A stretch of DNA of 64,000 bases from Alphaproteobacteria bacterium. GTDB lineage: Bacteria; Pseudomonadota; Alphaproteobacteria; UBA7887. Below, one piece after another: positions 48,897 to 58,503 of the stretch. The position numbers were made by a program, and so were the translations under genes. The DNA lies in contig CBDCGL010000011.1 in NCBI GenBank assembly GCA_965216755.1, positions 192,001 to 256,000 of the forward strand, given 5' to 3'. Within the stretch, counting starts at the first letter, position 1. Every line of letters starts with the position of its first letter. The notes under the pieces were generated by a model. It worked only from the letters and a program-made list of their open reading frames with translations. It was not told where the DNA came from and did no database searches.

Positions 48897-49190
48897 CTAG
48901 GCGTCGGTTTCACCGAAATAGCGAATGCTGGGCGGCGCGCCAAACATTTCCGCCATTTCTCCGAGCATGCCGGATTCGGTGCGCCAGGCCAAATATTTCT
49001 CGTAGTGCGGCTTCGATTCCCACTTTTCGACCAAGACCAAAACATTCGGGTTGTCCTGGTTCTGATACGTGTCGACGCCAATGCAACCATCATAGGTGCG
49101 GGTGTCCGGCAAAATGTCTTTAAACTTTTGCAGCAGATCGTTGCCGGCGCCGTCCTTCGCGGTCACTTCAAGCATCACCATCACCGCCAT
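48897..49190 (-). CDS. ABM-domain (putative quinol monooxygenase) protein
   Basis: PDTRTYDGC, LVEKWES..HYEKYLAWR; GGGAGG RBS. Confidence 0.85.
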   Translation of the reverse strand: MAVMVMLEVTAKDGAGNDLLQKFKDILPDTRTYDGCIGVDTYQNQDNPNVLVLVEKWESKPHYEKYLAWRTESGMLGEMAEMFGAPPSIRYFGETDA

Positions 49191-49331
49191 GTTGTCCTCC
49201 CCTGGAGAGCAATTTCAAACTGCGTCAAGATGACACATCATAAGGACAGATCTAGCAGCGGACCAAACACATGCGCAAGCCTCATGACGGGAGCGTGATC
49301 CGCGGGCCAGTCGGATTCGGTAGGTAGACCT

Positions 49332-50807
49332 GTGGATACAACATTGTCTTTGGGCGCGGTTCCCGCCCACTACGCGAGCACTTTAGGGCCGGATACTGTA
49401 TGCCTCACCTATCCGGACGGTGCGCTCACCTGGCTGGAACTGGACATGCGAACCAATCAGCGTGCGCGGGCTTTTTCGGATTTGGGTGTCGGTCAAGATG
49501 ATTTCGTGACCATTGCGTTGCCCAACGGGTCGCTGTTTCACGAGACCACGTTCGCCTTGTGGAAGTTGGGCGCGACGCCGCACGTCGTCTCTTCGAAATT
49601 GCCAGACCCGGAACTGCGGGCGATTGCGGATCTCCTAAAGCCGAAGCTGATTGTCGGCGTCGATCAAGCGGTGACGCCAAACCATCGTGTGGTGCCAGCG
49701 GATCTTGCGACCGCTAGCCACGCATCTGGCAGCATGCCGCTGCGCGTCGCGAAGCACTGGAAAGCTATGTCCAGCGGCGGCTCGACCGGCCAGCCAAAAA
49801 TCATAGTCGACCACAACCCCGCGAAGGTGGAACCGGATGAGTGGTTCTTGGACATGCCATTGCGTGGATGCGTCCTGAATCCCGGGCCGCTTTATCACAA
49901 TGCTCCCTTCATTTTTTCACACTATGGACTGTTTCGCGGCAACCACGTGGTTGGCATGTCAAAATTCGACGCCTTGGAATCCTTGCGACTGGTCGAAAAG
50001 TACAGGCCTTCGTGGGTGATGATGGTGCCGACGATGATGCATCGTATTTGGCGTTTGGAGGAACCGGAGCGGACCCAATTTGATACGTCCAGCCTTGACA
50101 TCGTCGCCCATGTCGCGGCACCGATGCCGGCGTGGTTGAAAGAAAAGTGGATTGAATGGCTTGGGCCGGAAAGGGTCTATGAACTCTATGGTGCGACAGA
50201 AGGCACTGGGGCAACTTGGATTAGTGGCACCGAATGGCTGGCGCATAAGGGTTCCGTGGGGAAGTTTATCCGCGGCGCACGGGTGAAAATCCTGGGCGAA
50301 GACGGCCGCGAATGCGCGCCCCGCGAAATCGGCGAGGTTTTCCTCATGCCAGAGGGCGGACCGGGCAGCACATATCATTACATCGGCGGCGAGCCAAGAA
50401 GCGTGGCCGGTGGTTGGGAGTCGGTTGGTGATATTGGATGGCTCGATGACGACGGATACTTGTATTTGGCCGACCGTCGCACGGATCTGATCATTTCCGG
50501 CGGCGCCAATATCTATCCGGCCGAGGTGGAATCAGCCTTGGCCGAACATCCGGCTGTCGACACCGCTGTTGTAATTGGGTTGCCAGACGATGACCTCGGC
50601 CAAATCGTTCATGCGATCATTTTTGCGCACGAGGCGTGGCGTGATCGCATAACGGGTGAAATGTTGTGTGAATTCGTAGAGCAAAAACTGGTGCGCTATA
50701 AAACACCACGGACGTATGAGTTTGTCGCGGAATCACTACGAGATGACGCCGGAAAGGTGCGGCGTCCGCAATTGCGCGCGGAACGACTTGCGCACCTGTC
50801 AGCTTAA
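49332..50807 (+). CDS. AMP-binding acyl-CoA ligase (bile acid-CoA ligase-like)
   Basis: SSGGSTGQPK, PLYHNAP, YGATEG, GDIGWLD, IISGGANIYPAEVE, GKVRR. Confidence 0.92.
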   Translation: MDTTLSLGAVPAHYASTLGPDTVCLTYPDGALTWLELDMRTNQRARAFSDLGVGQDDFVTIALPNGSLFHETTFALWKLGATPHVVSSKLPDPELRAIADLLKPKLIVGVDQAVTPNHRVVPADLATASHASGSMPLRVAKHWKAMSSGGSTGQPKIIVDHNPAKVEPDEWFLDMPLRGCVLNPGPLYHNAPFIFSHYGLFRGNHVVGMSKFDALESLRLVEKYRPSWVMMVPTMMHRIWRLEEPERTQFDTSSLDIVAHVAAPMPAWLKEKWIEWLGPERVYELYGATEGTGATWISGTEWLAHKGSVGKFIRGARVKILGEDGRECAPREIGEVFLMPEGGPGSTYHYIGGEPRSVAGGWESVGDIGWLDDDGYLYLADRRTDLIISGGANIYPAEVESALAEHPAVDTAVVIGLPDDDLGQIVHAIIFAHEAWRDRITGEMLCEFVEQKLVRYKTPRTYEFVAESLRDDAGKVRRPQLRAERLAHLSA

Positions 50808-50808
50808 G

Positions 50809-51272
50809 CTAGAGCGCTTTCCGACCATATTGAATCAATTCTGTTTGCGGTCCGGCGCGGCGGTCCACAAGAAGGGCGACGCAGCGCGATGCTCGTGTCC
50901 CGAAACCGCAGTTCGTCACGTCTGACCCCAGGCGCCTTACGAACTTCGGTTGCGTCAGGACACGAGCCGAATATTTGGATCTCGTGCGGTTCACGGATCG
51001 GACGTTCGCTCTGGTGCTCGATGCGAGATCAAGCGAACGTCCGATCCACCGCACGAGCGCATCGGGCAAGTCGTCCGACCAATGCGGTCGTCCACATGGA
51101 TTCCCATTGGGGGACGCCTGCCGGTCGCAAACCCGCAGGGCCGGGCGCATTTGTGACAATCTCGACGGCGATGTCCTTCGCCGTATGCCCGATACGGCCT
51201 GCGGACATCGACTTGATCTTGTCATAAAATCGCTCCGGCAGAATGGTTCAATATGGTCGGAAAGCGCTCTAG
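50809..51272. mobile_element. 464-bp non-coding MITE-like element with 26-bp perfect terminal inverted repeats and CTAG ends
   Basis: ctagagcgctttccgaccatattgaa at 50809-50834; exact reverse complement at 51247-51272. Confidence 0.85.
50892..50966. repeat. 75-bp imperfect palindromic element nested in the MITE
   Basis: Ends CTCGTGTCC / GGACACGAG form a perfect 9-bp IR; inner arms aaccgcagttcgt / acgaacttcggtt pair with one mismatch. Confidence 0.65.
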
Positions 51273-52147
51273 TCGCGCGATCTCAAAGAACCCCAGTTGC
51301 CGCTTTCAATGTCACCGATTACCAATTTGCGCGTTTCCGTATCCGAAAGGTTCTTAGCCGCATCCATCGCCGCACCGCGAAGTCTTTCGGCTTCGTCTTT
51401 GTTGCCATTGATCGCCGCAGCCCGCGCCAACGCTTCTTGGCTGTAGACAAGGTCGAACGGTAACAAGTCATCTGTGTTGACCTGCGTCATTGCTGCGCAT
51501 TGTTGGGCGTAACGCTGGGCCTCTGTTCCGATGCCGAGTTCCGCGTAGACCCGCGCAAGCAACCAAAGCCCACGTTGATGGTGTACCGCGGTGCCGGCCG
51601 TCATCCAATGCGCGTGTGATGCATGGGCCGCGTGTATCATCTCGCTATTGTCCTCGTTTGAGCGCTTTGCGTTGGCCAACAGCTCCCACACCCGGTTGTT
51701 GAAGCGCACCGCTTCGCGGCGGGGGCGATCTTTCTCGGGGTCGGTTGCGTCGCCAACTTCGGAATCAGTTTCGAACAACGCGAATACCGCGCCAACTGGA
51801 TCTTGGACCACGCAAAATCGGCGCCCGGCCATGGGTTTCGGCGGCACAACAATCTCACCGCCCAGGTCGCGGCACCTGGCGACACTGGTTTCCAGATCTG
51901 TGACGGCGATGTAATTCAACCACACGGGCGGCAAATCGGCATTTGCACCTCGGGCGTGACAGATGCCGGCTGTTGGCTGTGTGTGCCCGGGTATGTGGGC
52001 GCTATAGTCCGCGTAGAGGCCCATATCATGATCCGCAAAAGTCCACCCGACGACCGTTTCATAAAAGGCACGCAGCTTCTCCGCGTCGGGCACCGTCAAA
52101 TCGCTCCAGAAAATGCTACCTGGCTTCGGCTTGTTGAAATCGCTCAT
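51269..52147 (-). CDS. VOC/glyoxalase domain fused to an uncharacterised helical C-terminal domain
   Basis: WSDLTVPD....AFY..VVGW, WLNYIAVTDL, VVQDPVGAVFAL, then FNNRVWELL...HAAHASHAHW...RGLWLLARVY. Confidence 0.8.
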   Translation of the reverse strand: MSDFNKPKPGSIFWSDLTVPDAEKLRAFYETVVGWTFADHDMGLYADYSAHIPGHTQPTAGICHARGANADLPPVWLNYIAVTDLETSVARCRDLGGEIVVPPKPMAGRRFCVVQDPVGAVFALFETDSEVGDATDPEKDRPRREAVRFNNRVWELLANAKRSNEDNSEMIHAAHASHAHWMTAGTAVHHQRGLWLLARVYAELGIGTEAQRYAQQCAAMTQVNTDDLLPFDLVYSQEALARAAAINGNKDEAERLRGAAMDAAKNLSDTETRKLVIGDIESGNWGSLRSRD

Positions 52148-52245
52148 ATCGAATCCTGTTTCAAATGAGTCGCGCGTTTGAACTTGGGCGGGCTATGGTG
52201 GCCGATGTTCACGAAAGAGATCCGATTTTGCAATCGTAGGAAGCA

Positions 52246-53355
52246 ATGACCGATCGTCAGCCACCATTTCGTGCCGATCATGTTGGGAGTCTGCTCAGAC
52301 CGCCAGAATTGGTTGCGGCGCGCGCCAAGTTTGCGAGTGGTGCCTTAGACGCCGTCGCACTTCGCGCGGTTGAGGATCAATCCGTTGCGGCTGTTATTGT
52401 GAAGCAAGAGGCGGTCGGCTTGCGCGGAATCACCGATGGCGAATATCGTCGTTCTATGTGGCATTTCGACTTTTTGCGCGAATTCGATGGGGTTGAGGAA
52501 GTCACCGCGCCGCACGGCATAAAGTTTCAAGGCGACTTGGAGACCAAGCCTGTTGGGCTGCGGGTCAATGGCAGAATCACATATGGTGGCCACAGTTTCA
52601 TTGATGATTTTGATTTTGTGCGGTCGCGCACGCATCGCATCGCCAAGCAAACGATTCCATCTCCAAGCGTCTTGCATTTTCGCGGCGGCCGACCGGCGAT
52701 CAGTACCGCCACGTATCCGGACCTTGGACCGTTTTTTGCGGACCTTGGAAACGCGTTTGCTGATGTCGTTGAGGCCTTCGCCGACGCTGGCTGCCGCTAT
52801 TTGCAACTTGATGACACCAACTTCGCGTATCTATGCGATCCGGAACAATGTGAAGCATCCCGGGCGCGTGGCGACAACCCTGACGCGCTGCCAGCGATCT
52901 ATGCGAAGCTGATCAACGGCGCTCTGTCGACCCGACCAGCGGACATGCGCGTGACCATGCACCTATGCCGTGGAAATTTTCGATCCTCTTGGATTTCGTC
53001 AGGCGGATATGAGCCGGTCGCGGAATGCTTGTTCAACGATGTGAACGTCGATGGCTACTTTCTTGAATATGACAGTGATCGCGCCGGCAACTTTGAGCCA
53101 CTGCGATTCGTACCGAAAAACAAAGTCGTCGTGCTCGGTCTCATCACGTCAAAATCCGGCGCGCTTGAATCCCCCGACGTAATTCGGCGGCGTATCGATG
53201 AGGCAGCCAAGTTCGTACCACTCGATCAGATTTGCCTCAGTCCTCAATGTGGGTTTGCAAGCACCGAGGAGGGCAACTTGCTGACCGAAGATCAGCAGTG
53301 GCGTAAGCTTGACCTCACCGTACAGATCGCCGACGCTGTGTGGGGCGGCAATTAA
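52246..53355 (+). CDS. Cobalamin-independent methionine synthase II (MetE C-terminal-like) family protein
   Basis: FRADHVGSLLRP, TDGEYRR, HLCRGN, LEYD, SPQCGFAS. Confidence 0.92.
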   Translation: MTDRQPPFRADHVGSLLRPPELVAARAKFASGALDAVALRAVEDQSVAAVIVKQEAVGLRGITDGEYRRSMWHFDFLREFDGVEEVTAPHGIKFQGDLETKPVGLRVNGRITYGGHSFIDDFDFVRSRTHRIAKQTIPSPSVLHFRGGRPAISTATYPDLGPFFADLGNAFADVVEAFADAGCRYLQLDDTNFAYLCDPEQCEASRARGDNPDALPAIYAKLINGALSTRPADMRVTMHLCRGNFRSSWISSGGYEPVAECLFNDVNVDGYFLEYDSDRAGNFEPLRFVPKNKVVVLGLITSKSGALESPDVIRRRIDEAAKFVPLDQICLSPQCGFASTEEGNLLTEDQQWRKLDLTVQIADAVWGGN

Positions 53356-53371
53356 GACGGGGAGCACAGCC

Positions 53372-54049
53372 ATGCGGCCTCTTTCTTGCGCACGTCGCGC
53401 GTTGACCCGGCGGTCGATCTTGGGTGGCCTGACGGTCGGACTGGCCGCTGCGGCGGCATCACGCGTTGCCGGTGCCGCTTGCGGCGGGAATACGCCAAGG
53501 CAGGCCACGGGTCCATTTTATCCGCGGGTTATCAAGGAAGCCGATTGGGATTTGACCCATGTCGCGGGCGGCACCGGGCGCGCCGAAGGTTCGGTGATCG
53601 AGGTGGTCGGACAAGTTCGCGATGCCCAGTGCAGGCCCATCGCGGACGCTGTCGTTGAGGTTTGGCAAGCCAATGCCGCGGGCCGTTACGACCATCCCGC
53701 CGATCCCACTGATCGGCCATTGGATCCCAATTTTCAGTCATATGCGCGGCTGGTGGCGGATCGGAACGGTGAGTATCGATTCATCACCGTGAAACCCGGA
53801 CCCTATCCGCTTGGATTTGTCTCGGACGGTGCGGACGCCTGGCGCACACCCCACATTCACTTCAAGATCCATGGCGCGGTTGGTCAGAAATTGACCACGC
53901 AGATGTATTTCGCCGGCGAGGAACTAAACGAGACTGACATCTTGCTTCGGGATGTTCCGATCTCGCAACGCGCATTGCTCGTCGTGCCGTTCGACAGTGC
54001 AAGCGCCACCGGGCTGCCGCGCGGGCGCTTCGACGTGGCGCTGGCATAA
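53372..54049 (+). CDS. Intradiol ring-cleavage dioxygenase family protein with Tat signal
   Basis: TRRSILGGL twin-arginine motif; GPFYP, VEVWQANAAGRY, KPGPYP, RTPHIHF, TTQMYF. Confidence 0.85.
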   Translation: MRPLSCARRALTRRSILGGLTVGLAAAAASRVAGAACGGNTPRQATGPFYPRVIKEADWDLTHVAGGTGRAEGSVIEVVGQVRDAQCRPIADAVVEVWQANAAGRYDHPADPTDRPLDPNFQSYARLVADRNGEYRFITVKPGPYPLGFVSDGADAWRTPHIHFKIHGAVGQKLTTQMYFAGEELNETDILLRDVPISQRALLVVPFDSASATGLPRGRFDVALA

Positions 54050-54083
54050 GGCCGGCCTCGGCCGCCGCCGGGTACGTCGGCTC

Positions 54084-56276
54084 ATGAAGTTGTTCTCCAA
54101 CCGGCATCGCCCTGTACATATGGGCGGCTATCCCCTTGAGCGGCTAAAGCGCGTGGGCCTGGACAAATTACGCGAAGGTCCGCGCGCATTCGAACCAGCT
54201 TCACGGGATGCCACGCTGCTCGGTTCGGTCGGTCAAGTGGACCGAATCTATCTGGAGTTGTTTGCCAAATACCGGGATGGTCCGGTGGCGCCGCGGCGCG
54301 CACCCATCGATGTTGACCCTGAAACTATCGCTCACGACCTGAAAGCGGCCGGGTACTTTCTTGATGCCACCATGATGGGGGCATGCGATCTGCCGCGCGA
54401 CGCGTGGGCCGTGGTGACTGCGGTTGACGCGGATCAACGTCACGCCTTGGTCGTACTTGTTGAGCATGGGCGACCTGTTGAAAGCGCGAATGCGGCATCG
54501 GCTTGGATCAAGAACAGCGACACCCTGCGTAGCACAATGCGGGCTCTCGAAATCGCCAATGTGCTGGCGGGCTATATTCGCAATCTCGGTTGGGGCGCCA
54601 AGTCCCATGCGGTCTCGTGTAGCGACGTCGACATCGACCGGCTCGTTGTGCGCAGCGGCTTGGGGGAATGGCAGCGCAATCGTGTCGTCAACCCATTTCT
54701 CGGCGACCGGTTTGCTGCGGCAATTGTCACGACGGTGTTGCCGATTGCACCCGACTTGCCGCTGGCACCACGGCGCCTGTGGGATCGCGGACCGGCGTTT
54801 TGGTTTGGTCTCGCTGGCGCTGTGCCGGAGCTTGAACGTCGTGACGAACGGCGCCGACCGTCCCATTGGAGCCGCTATCCAATGGAACGGATCAAAACGA
54901 AAGATCGCCCGACGACATTGATTATCGACGAAGAAGTGCCACGCGTATCCAAGCGCGCCGCGTTTTTCGAGCGCGCTTTGCGCGGCGACCTGGGACCAAA
55001 GGCGCAAGCCGAAAGGACCCGTTTTGCGGTCAAACACCCGTTGACTTTTGCCATGCGCGGCATGCAAGCCAGCATGGTGCCAATGCAAGACGGCCCGATC
55101 GCCCAGACACGAGCGCATGGAACAGACGACGCCGACGCTAACGCGCGCGCGGTCAAAGCGCTTTGTTATTGGATGGGCGTCGACCTGGCTGGTATCTGCG
55201 CGATTCCCCGGTATGCCTGGTTTTCGCACAAAGAAAACGGGACGCCGATCACCCCCTACCACAAGAACGCCATCGTAATTCTGATTGACCAGGGCTTCGA
55301 AACAATGGAAGGGGCTAGCGGTGATGATTGGATGTCGGGGTCGCAATCGATGCGTGGCTATATGCGTGGCGCCGAGATTACCGGAATTGTCGCCGAGCAC
55401 ATCCGCAGTCTTGGCTATGGCGCCCGCGCGCAAACCAACATTGACAGCGACGTCCTACATATCCCGCTCATTTTGCGGGCCGGCCTGGGCGAGATGAGCC
55501 GTATCGGCGAACTCGTGCTCAATCCTTATGTCGGACCACGTTTCAAGTCGGCGGCAATAACAACCGATTTGCCGCTAACCGCAGACAAGCCGATCGATTT
55601 TGGTCTCCAGGACATGTGCGCAAAGTGCAACAAATGTGCGCGGGAATGTCCCTGTGATGCGATTCCGTGGGGACACAAGATCATGTTCAATGGCTATGAG
55701 ACATGGAAACCCGATGTCGAACGCTGTGCGCGCTACCGACTCACCAATCCCAAGGGCGCCGCCTGTGGCCGCTGCATGAAAACATGCCCATACAATCATG
55801 AGGGCCTTCTATATCACCGTTTTTTCTTGTGGTTGGCGATACACATACCGGCGTTGCGCGGCTGGATCGCGCGACTAGACGATCGCATCGGCAACGGCCG
55901 TCGCAATTTGGTCAAGAAATGGTGGCGCGACCTCGAGTGGCATCGCGACGGATATGCGGTAACGCCACGGGGGGGTACCAATGCGCGGGATATCAATCTG
56001 ATGCGTAAGGTGGATCCTAGCAAACAGAAATTGGCACTCTACCCTGCTGACGCCATGCCGGTACCCAATGACACAAACCCGCAAATCGTCGATCGCAAAA
56101 GGGCTTTGGCGGCTGCCGCGCAGATCGAGTCGCCAGCCGAGGCAACGCGGCGGCGCGCGCAATATGGCGCCATGCCAAGCCAATATGTCGCCAGGCCACC
56201 GCATGCCGGCGGTCCGCGGGGGCCCGAAGTTGAGGCCGGGCGATCCGGACTTGCGGAACCTGTCACCAAGCGATGA
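54084..56276 (+). CDS. rdhA: Catabolic (non-respiratory) reductive dehalogenase, cobalamin and 2x[4Fe-4S]
   Basis: FSNRHRPVHMGGYPLERL N-terminus, duplicated B12-type domain, AGLGEMSRIG...GPRFKS, CAKCNKCARECP and CGRCMKTCP. No Tat signal and no fused reductase. Confidence 0.85.
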   Translation: MKLFSNRHRPVHMGGYPLERLKRVGLDKLREGPRAFEPASRDATLLGSVGQVDRIYLELFAKYRDGPVAPRRAPIDVDPETIAHDLKAAGYFLDATMMGACDLPRDAWAVVTAVDADQRHALVVLVEHGRPVESANAASAWIKNSDTLRSTMRALEIANVLAGYIRNLGWGAKSHAVSCSDVDIDRLVVRSGLGEWQRNRVVNPFLGDRFAAAIVTTVLPIAPDLPLAPRRLWDRGPAFWFGLAGAVPELERRDERRRPSHWSRYPMERIKTKDRPTTLIIDEEVPRVSKRAAFFERALRGDLGPKAQAERTRFAVKHPLTFAMRGMQASMVPMQDGPIAQTRAHGTDDADANARAVKALCYWMGVDLAGICAIPRYAWFSHKENGTPITPYHKNAIVILIDQGFETMEGASGDDWMSGSQSMRGYMRGAEITGIVAEHIRSLGYGARAQTNIDSDVLHIPLILRAGLGEMSRIGELVLNPYVGPRFKSAAITTDLPLTADKPIDFGLQDMCAKCNKCARECPCDAIPWGHKIMFNGYETWKPDVERCARYRLTNPKGAACGRCMKTCPYNHEGLLYHRFFLWLAIHIPALRGWIARLDDRIGNGRRNLVKKWWRDLEWHRDGYAVTPRGGTNARDINLMRKVDPSKQKLALYPADAMPVPNDTNPQIVDRKRALAAAAQIESPAEATRRRAQYGAMPSQYVARPPHAGGPRGPEVEAGRSGLAEPVTKR

Positions 56277-57205
56277 GTCGTACGGCACTGATCGGGGTCG
56301 ATTGGGGAACCACGTCGTTTCGCGCCTATCGCATCGCCGACGACGGTGAGGTCCTGGAGGCACTCGAAGCGGCGCTTGGCATTTTAAGAGTCAGTGACCG
56401 CTCTTTCGAGAAGGCTTTCGAAGTCAAGCTTGAGTCGTGGCTCGATGCGGAGCCTTCGGCACCGATCTTGATCGCGGGCATGATCACAAGCCGGCAGGGG
56501 TGGATTGAAACCGACTATTTGCGTTGTCCCGCGGGTTGCGAGGAATTGGCGGCAGTATTGGCACGGTTGGAAACAAAGAGGGGTCGCAGGCTCCACTTTG
56601 TAACCGGGCTTACGACAGTCGACGCCGCCGGCATGCCTGATGTCATGCGTGGTGAGGAGACCCAAGTGGTCGGTGCCTGGGCCGATGATCGCCAAAGTGG
56701 CCTGGTGGTATTACCGGGAACCCATTCCAAGTGGGTTTTGATCGAAGGGGGCAAGATCGTGCGATTCGCCACATTCATGACCGGCGAAGTTTATGGGGCT
56801 CTCAAAGATCATACGATCTTGGGGCGCCTTATGACCGGCGATGTCGATGACGCTGCGGCGTTCAAACGCGGCGTGGACGATGGTTTTGACAATGATCCCG
56901 CGCGCGGCGGATTGCTACGGCGTCTGTTCGGGGTGCGTTCCCATGGGTTGGTCGGTAACATGTCCGGCGAAGTGTTGAGCAGCTATCTATCAGGTCTTCT
57001 AATCGGATCCGAAATCCGGGAAGCTTTGTCAGGCCTTGGGTCGCGGCTCGACAAGGGATTGGTGACCGTAATCGCGAGCGAGGCGTTGTTGCGGCGCTAT
57101 GCGCGGGCGCTCTCGTATCTCCAACGGTCATATGAACTGGTCGATGGCGATGCTTCGGCGCGCGGGCTTTACCGCATCGCCGGCGTTGCCAAGCTGTTCG
57201 GCTGA
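56273..57205 (+). CDS. dgoK: 2-dehydro-3-deoxygalactonokinase
   Basis: VDWGTTSFRAY, GMITSRQGW, DVMRGEETQ, LPGTHSKW, FMTGE, YLSGLLIGSE. Confidence 0.92.
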   Translation: MSRTALIGVDWGTTSFRAYRIADDGEVLEALEAALGILRVSDRSFEKAFEVKLESWLDAEPSAPILIAGMITSRQGWIETDYLRCPAGCEELAAVLARLETKRGRRLHFVTGLTTVDAAGMPDVMRGEETQVVGAWADDRQSGLVVLPGTHSKWVLIEGGKIVRFATFMTGEVYGALKDHTILGRLMTGDVDDAAAFKRGVDDGFDNDPARGGLLRRLFGVRSHGLVGNMSGEVLSSYLSGLLIGSEIREALSGLGSRLDKGLVTVIASEALLRRYARALSYLQRSYELVDGDASARGLYRIAGVAKLFG

Positions 57206-57217
57206 CGATAAGCGCGG

Positions 57218-57952
57218 TTAAATCAGGTCGGCGCGGCCGCCTTCGGCGTGCGAAATATCCTGTTCCGCAATCAGCGAAATGACGTCAAACGTGCGATCAA
57301 TATGCTGGCCCAACAATTTCGCGGCCTTGTCGCAGTCTTTGTCGAGTGTCGCCTCGTAAATCGCCTGGTGCTCCGCGTGAACATCGCGCGGCACAGACTT
57401 GTCTACCAATGCAAAGCGACGGTAACGCTCTGATTGTTGAAGCAGGATGTTTCGGAAGTACAGCAGCCAATTGTTGCGACACGCGGCTGTCAGCGCGCGA
57501 TGAAATGCCAGATTTCTCGCTTCCCACTCGTCGCTGACACCTTTTGCATCGTCCGCGAGACGTTCCTCCACCTTGGCGAGCCTATGATAAGCGGCAACGA
57601 CGTCTGCTTCCCATTCGTCGTCTCCATTCGTGATCGACTCGCGCAAAGCCTCCATTTCCAGCAACCGTCGCATGTCGGTGATGTCCTTGAGATCTGAGAG
57701 CGATAGCGGCGCCACGCGAAAGCCACGTTGACCTTCGGAAATCACCAAGGCATCGCCGACCAAGCGCAACAAAGCCTCGCGTAGCGTACTGGCGCCGATG
57801 CTATAGGAATCACGCAGCCGCTCGATTCGCAATTTGCTGCCTGGTTCTAGGGTCCCGTCCAAGATGTCGTGACGGATACGTTCATAAACCGACTCAACGA
57901 CGGTCTTGGTCACCCGCGTCGGTATTTCTTGAGTCTTTTGAGAAACGTTCAT
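57218..57952 (-). CDS. GntR/FadR-family (FCD) transcriptional regulator, divergent from the phenol hydroxylase
   Basis: DILDGTLEPGSKL, LREALLRL, QRGFRV, FHRAL, EHQAIY. Start moved to ATG 57952. Confidence 0.9.
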   Translation of the reverse strand: MNVSQKTQEIPTRVTKTVVESVYERIRHDILDGTLEPGSKLRIERLRDSYSIGASTLREALLRLVGDALVISEGQRGFRVAPLSLSDLKDITDMRRLLEMEALRESITNGDDEWEADVVAAYHRLAKVEERLADDAKGVSDEWEARNLAFHRALTAACRNNWLLYFRNILLQQSERYRRFALVDKSVPRDVHAEHQAIYEATLDKDCDKAAKLLGQHIDRTFDVISLIAEQDISHAEGGRADLI

Positions 57953-57995
57953 TCTGGGCTGCCGTTCGGTCGGTCTGACGATCACGAGAATGCTA

Positions 57996-58140
57996 CTCGA
58001 TTTTCGAGAATGAGCAACATAATTCGAAAATATATGAAATTTCATTAAAAACAAAAAATATCGAAATTTTCGTTGACAGACGATATCTGTGGGTGTGAAC
58101 TCACCTCAACGCCTCGCGCAAGAAGGCCTGAAATTGACAA
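57996..58140. promoter_or_regulatory. AT-rich divergent promoter/operator region
   Basis: Palindromes CTCGA-TTT-TCGAG (57996-58008) and ATGAAATTTCAT (58034-58045), TCGAAATTTTCG (58061-58072), TTGACA at 58073 and 58134. Confidence 0.55.
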
Positions 58141-58194
58141 CCACATATGTGCCGACAGGCCACAACGAGTTGTCAGCGTTGTAGGGGAAGAGGA

Positions 58195-58503
58195 ATGTCC
58201 GCGGTGGCTGCATGCCAAACCGAATGGGGCCGAGCCTTCATCAAAGTGACCGGTGTCCGTCGCGACCGTTTCGTCGAGTTCTCATTTTGGCTCAACGACG
58301 AAGATCTTAGCGTCGAACTTGTCATGCCTTATCCCGAATTCCAGGAATTCTGCAAAGCGCGGCAGGCGACCCTCGTGTCGCCTGACCAAGCGGCGCGGGT
58401 TCCATTTGAACAGCTTCAATGGCGCTTCCGGGAACCGCAAACCGATCCGACGCCCGAAGCCAAATCGCGTCAAGGACATGACCCAAGGGAGGATGTCTCG
58501 TGA
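58195..58503 (+). CDS. dmpK: Phenol hydroxylase P0 assembly subunit
   Basis: FVEFSF...DLSVELVMP...FQEFC; first gene of the operon. Confidence 0.85.
   Translation: MSAVAACQTEWGRAFIKVTGVRRDRFVEFSFWLNDEDLSVELVMPYPEFQEFCKARQATLVSPDQAARVPFEQLQWRFREPQTDPTPEAKSRQGHDPREDVS

Noticed and set aside
50809-51463. ORFs of 112-162 aa within the MITE-like element
   Set aside because: No transposase or other motifs; they overlap structured repeat sequence and the VOC gene end.
54201-55433. 410-aa minus-strand ORF
   Set aside because: Antisense shadow of rdhA with no recognisable motifs.
54084-56276. RdhA as evidence of organohalide respiration, or as QueG
   Set aside because: There is no Tat leader or RdhB anchor; length and duplicated N-terminal domain fit catabolic RdhA, not QueG.
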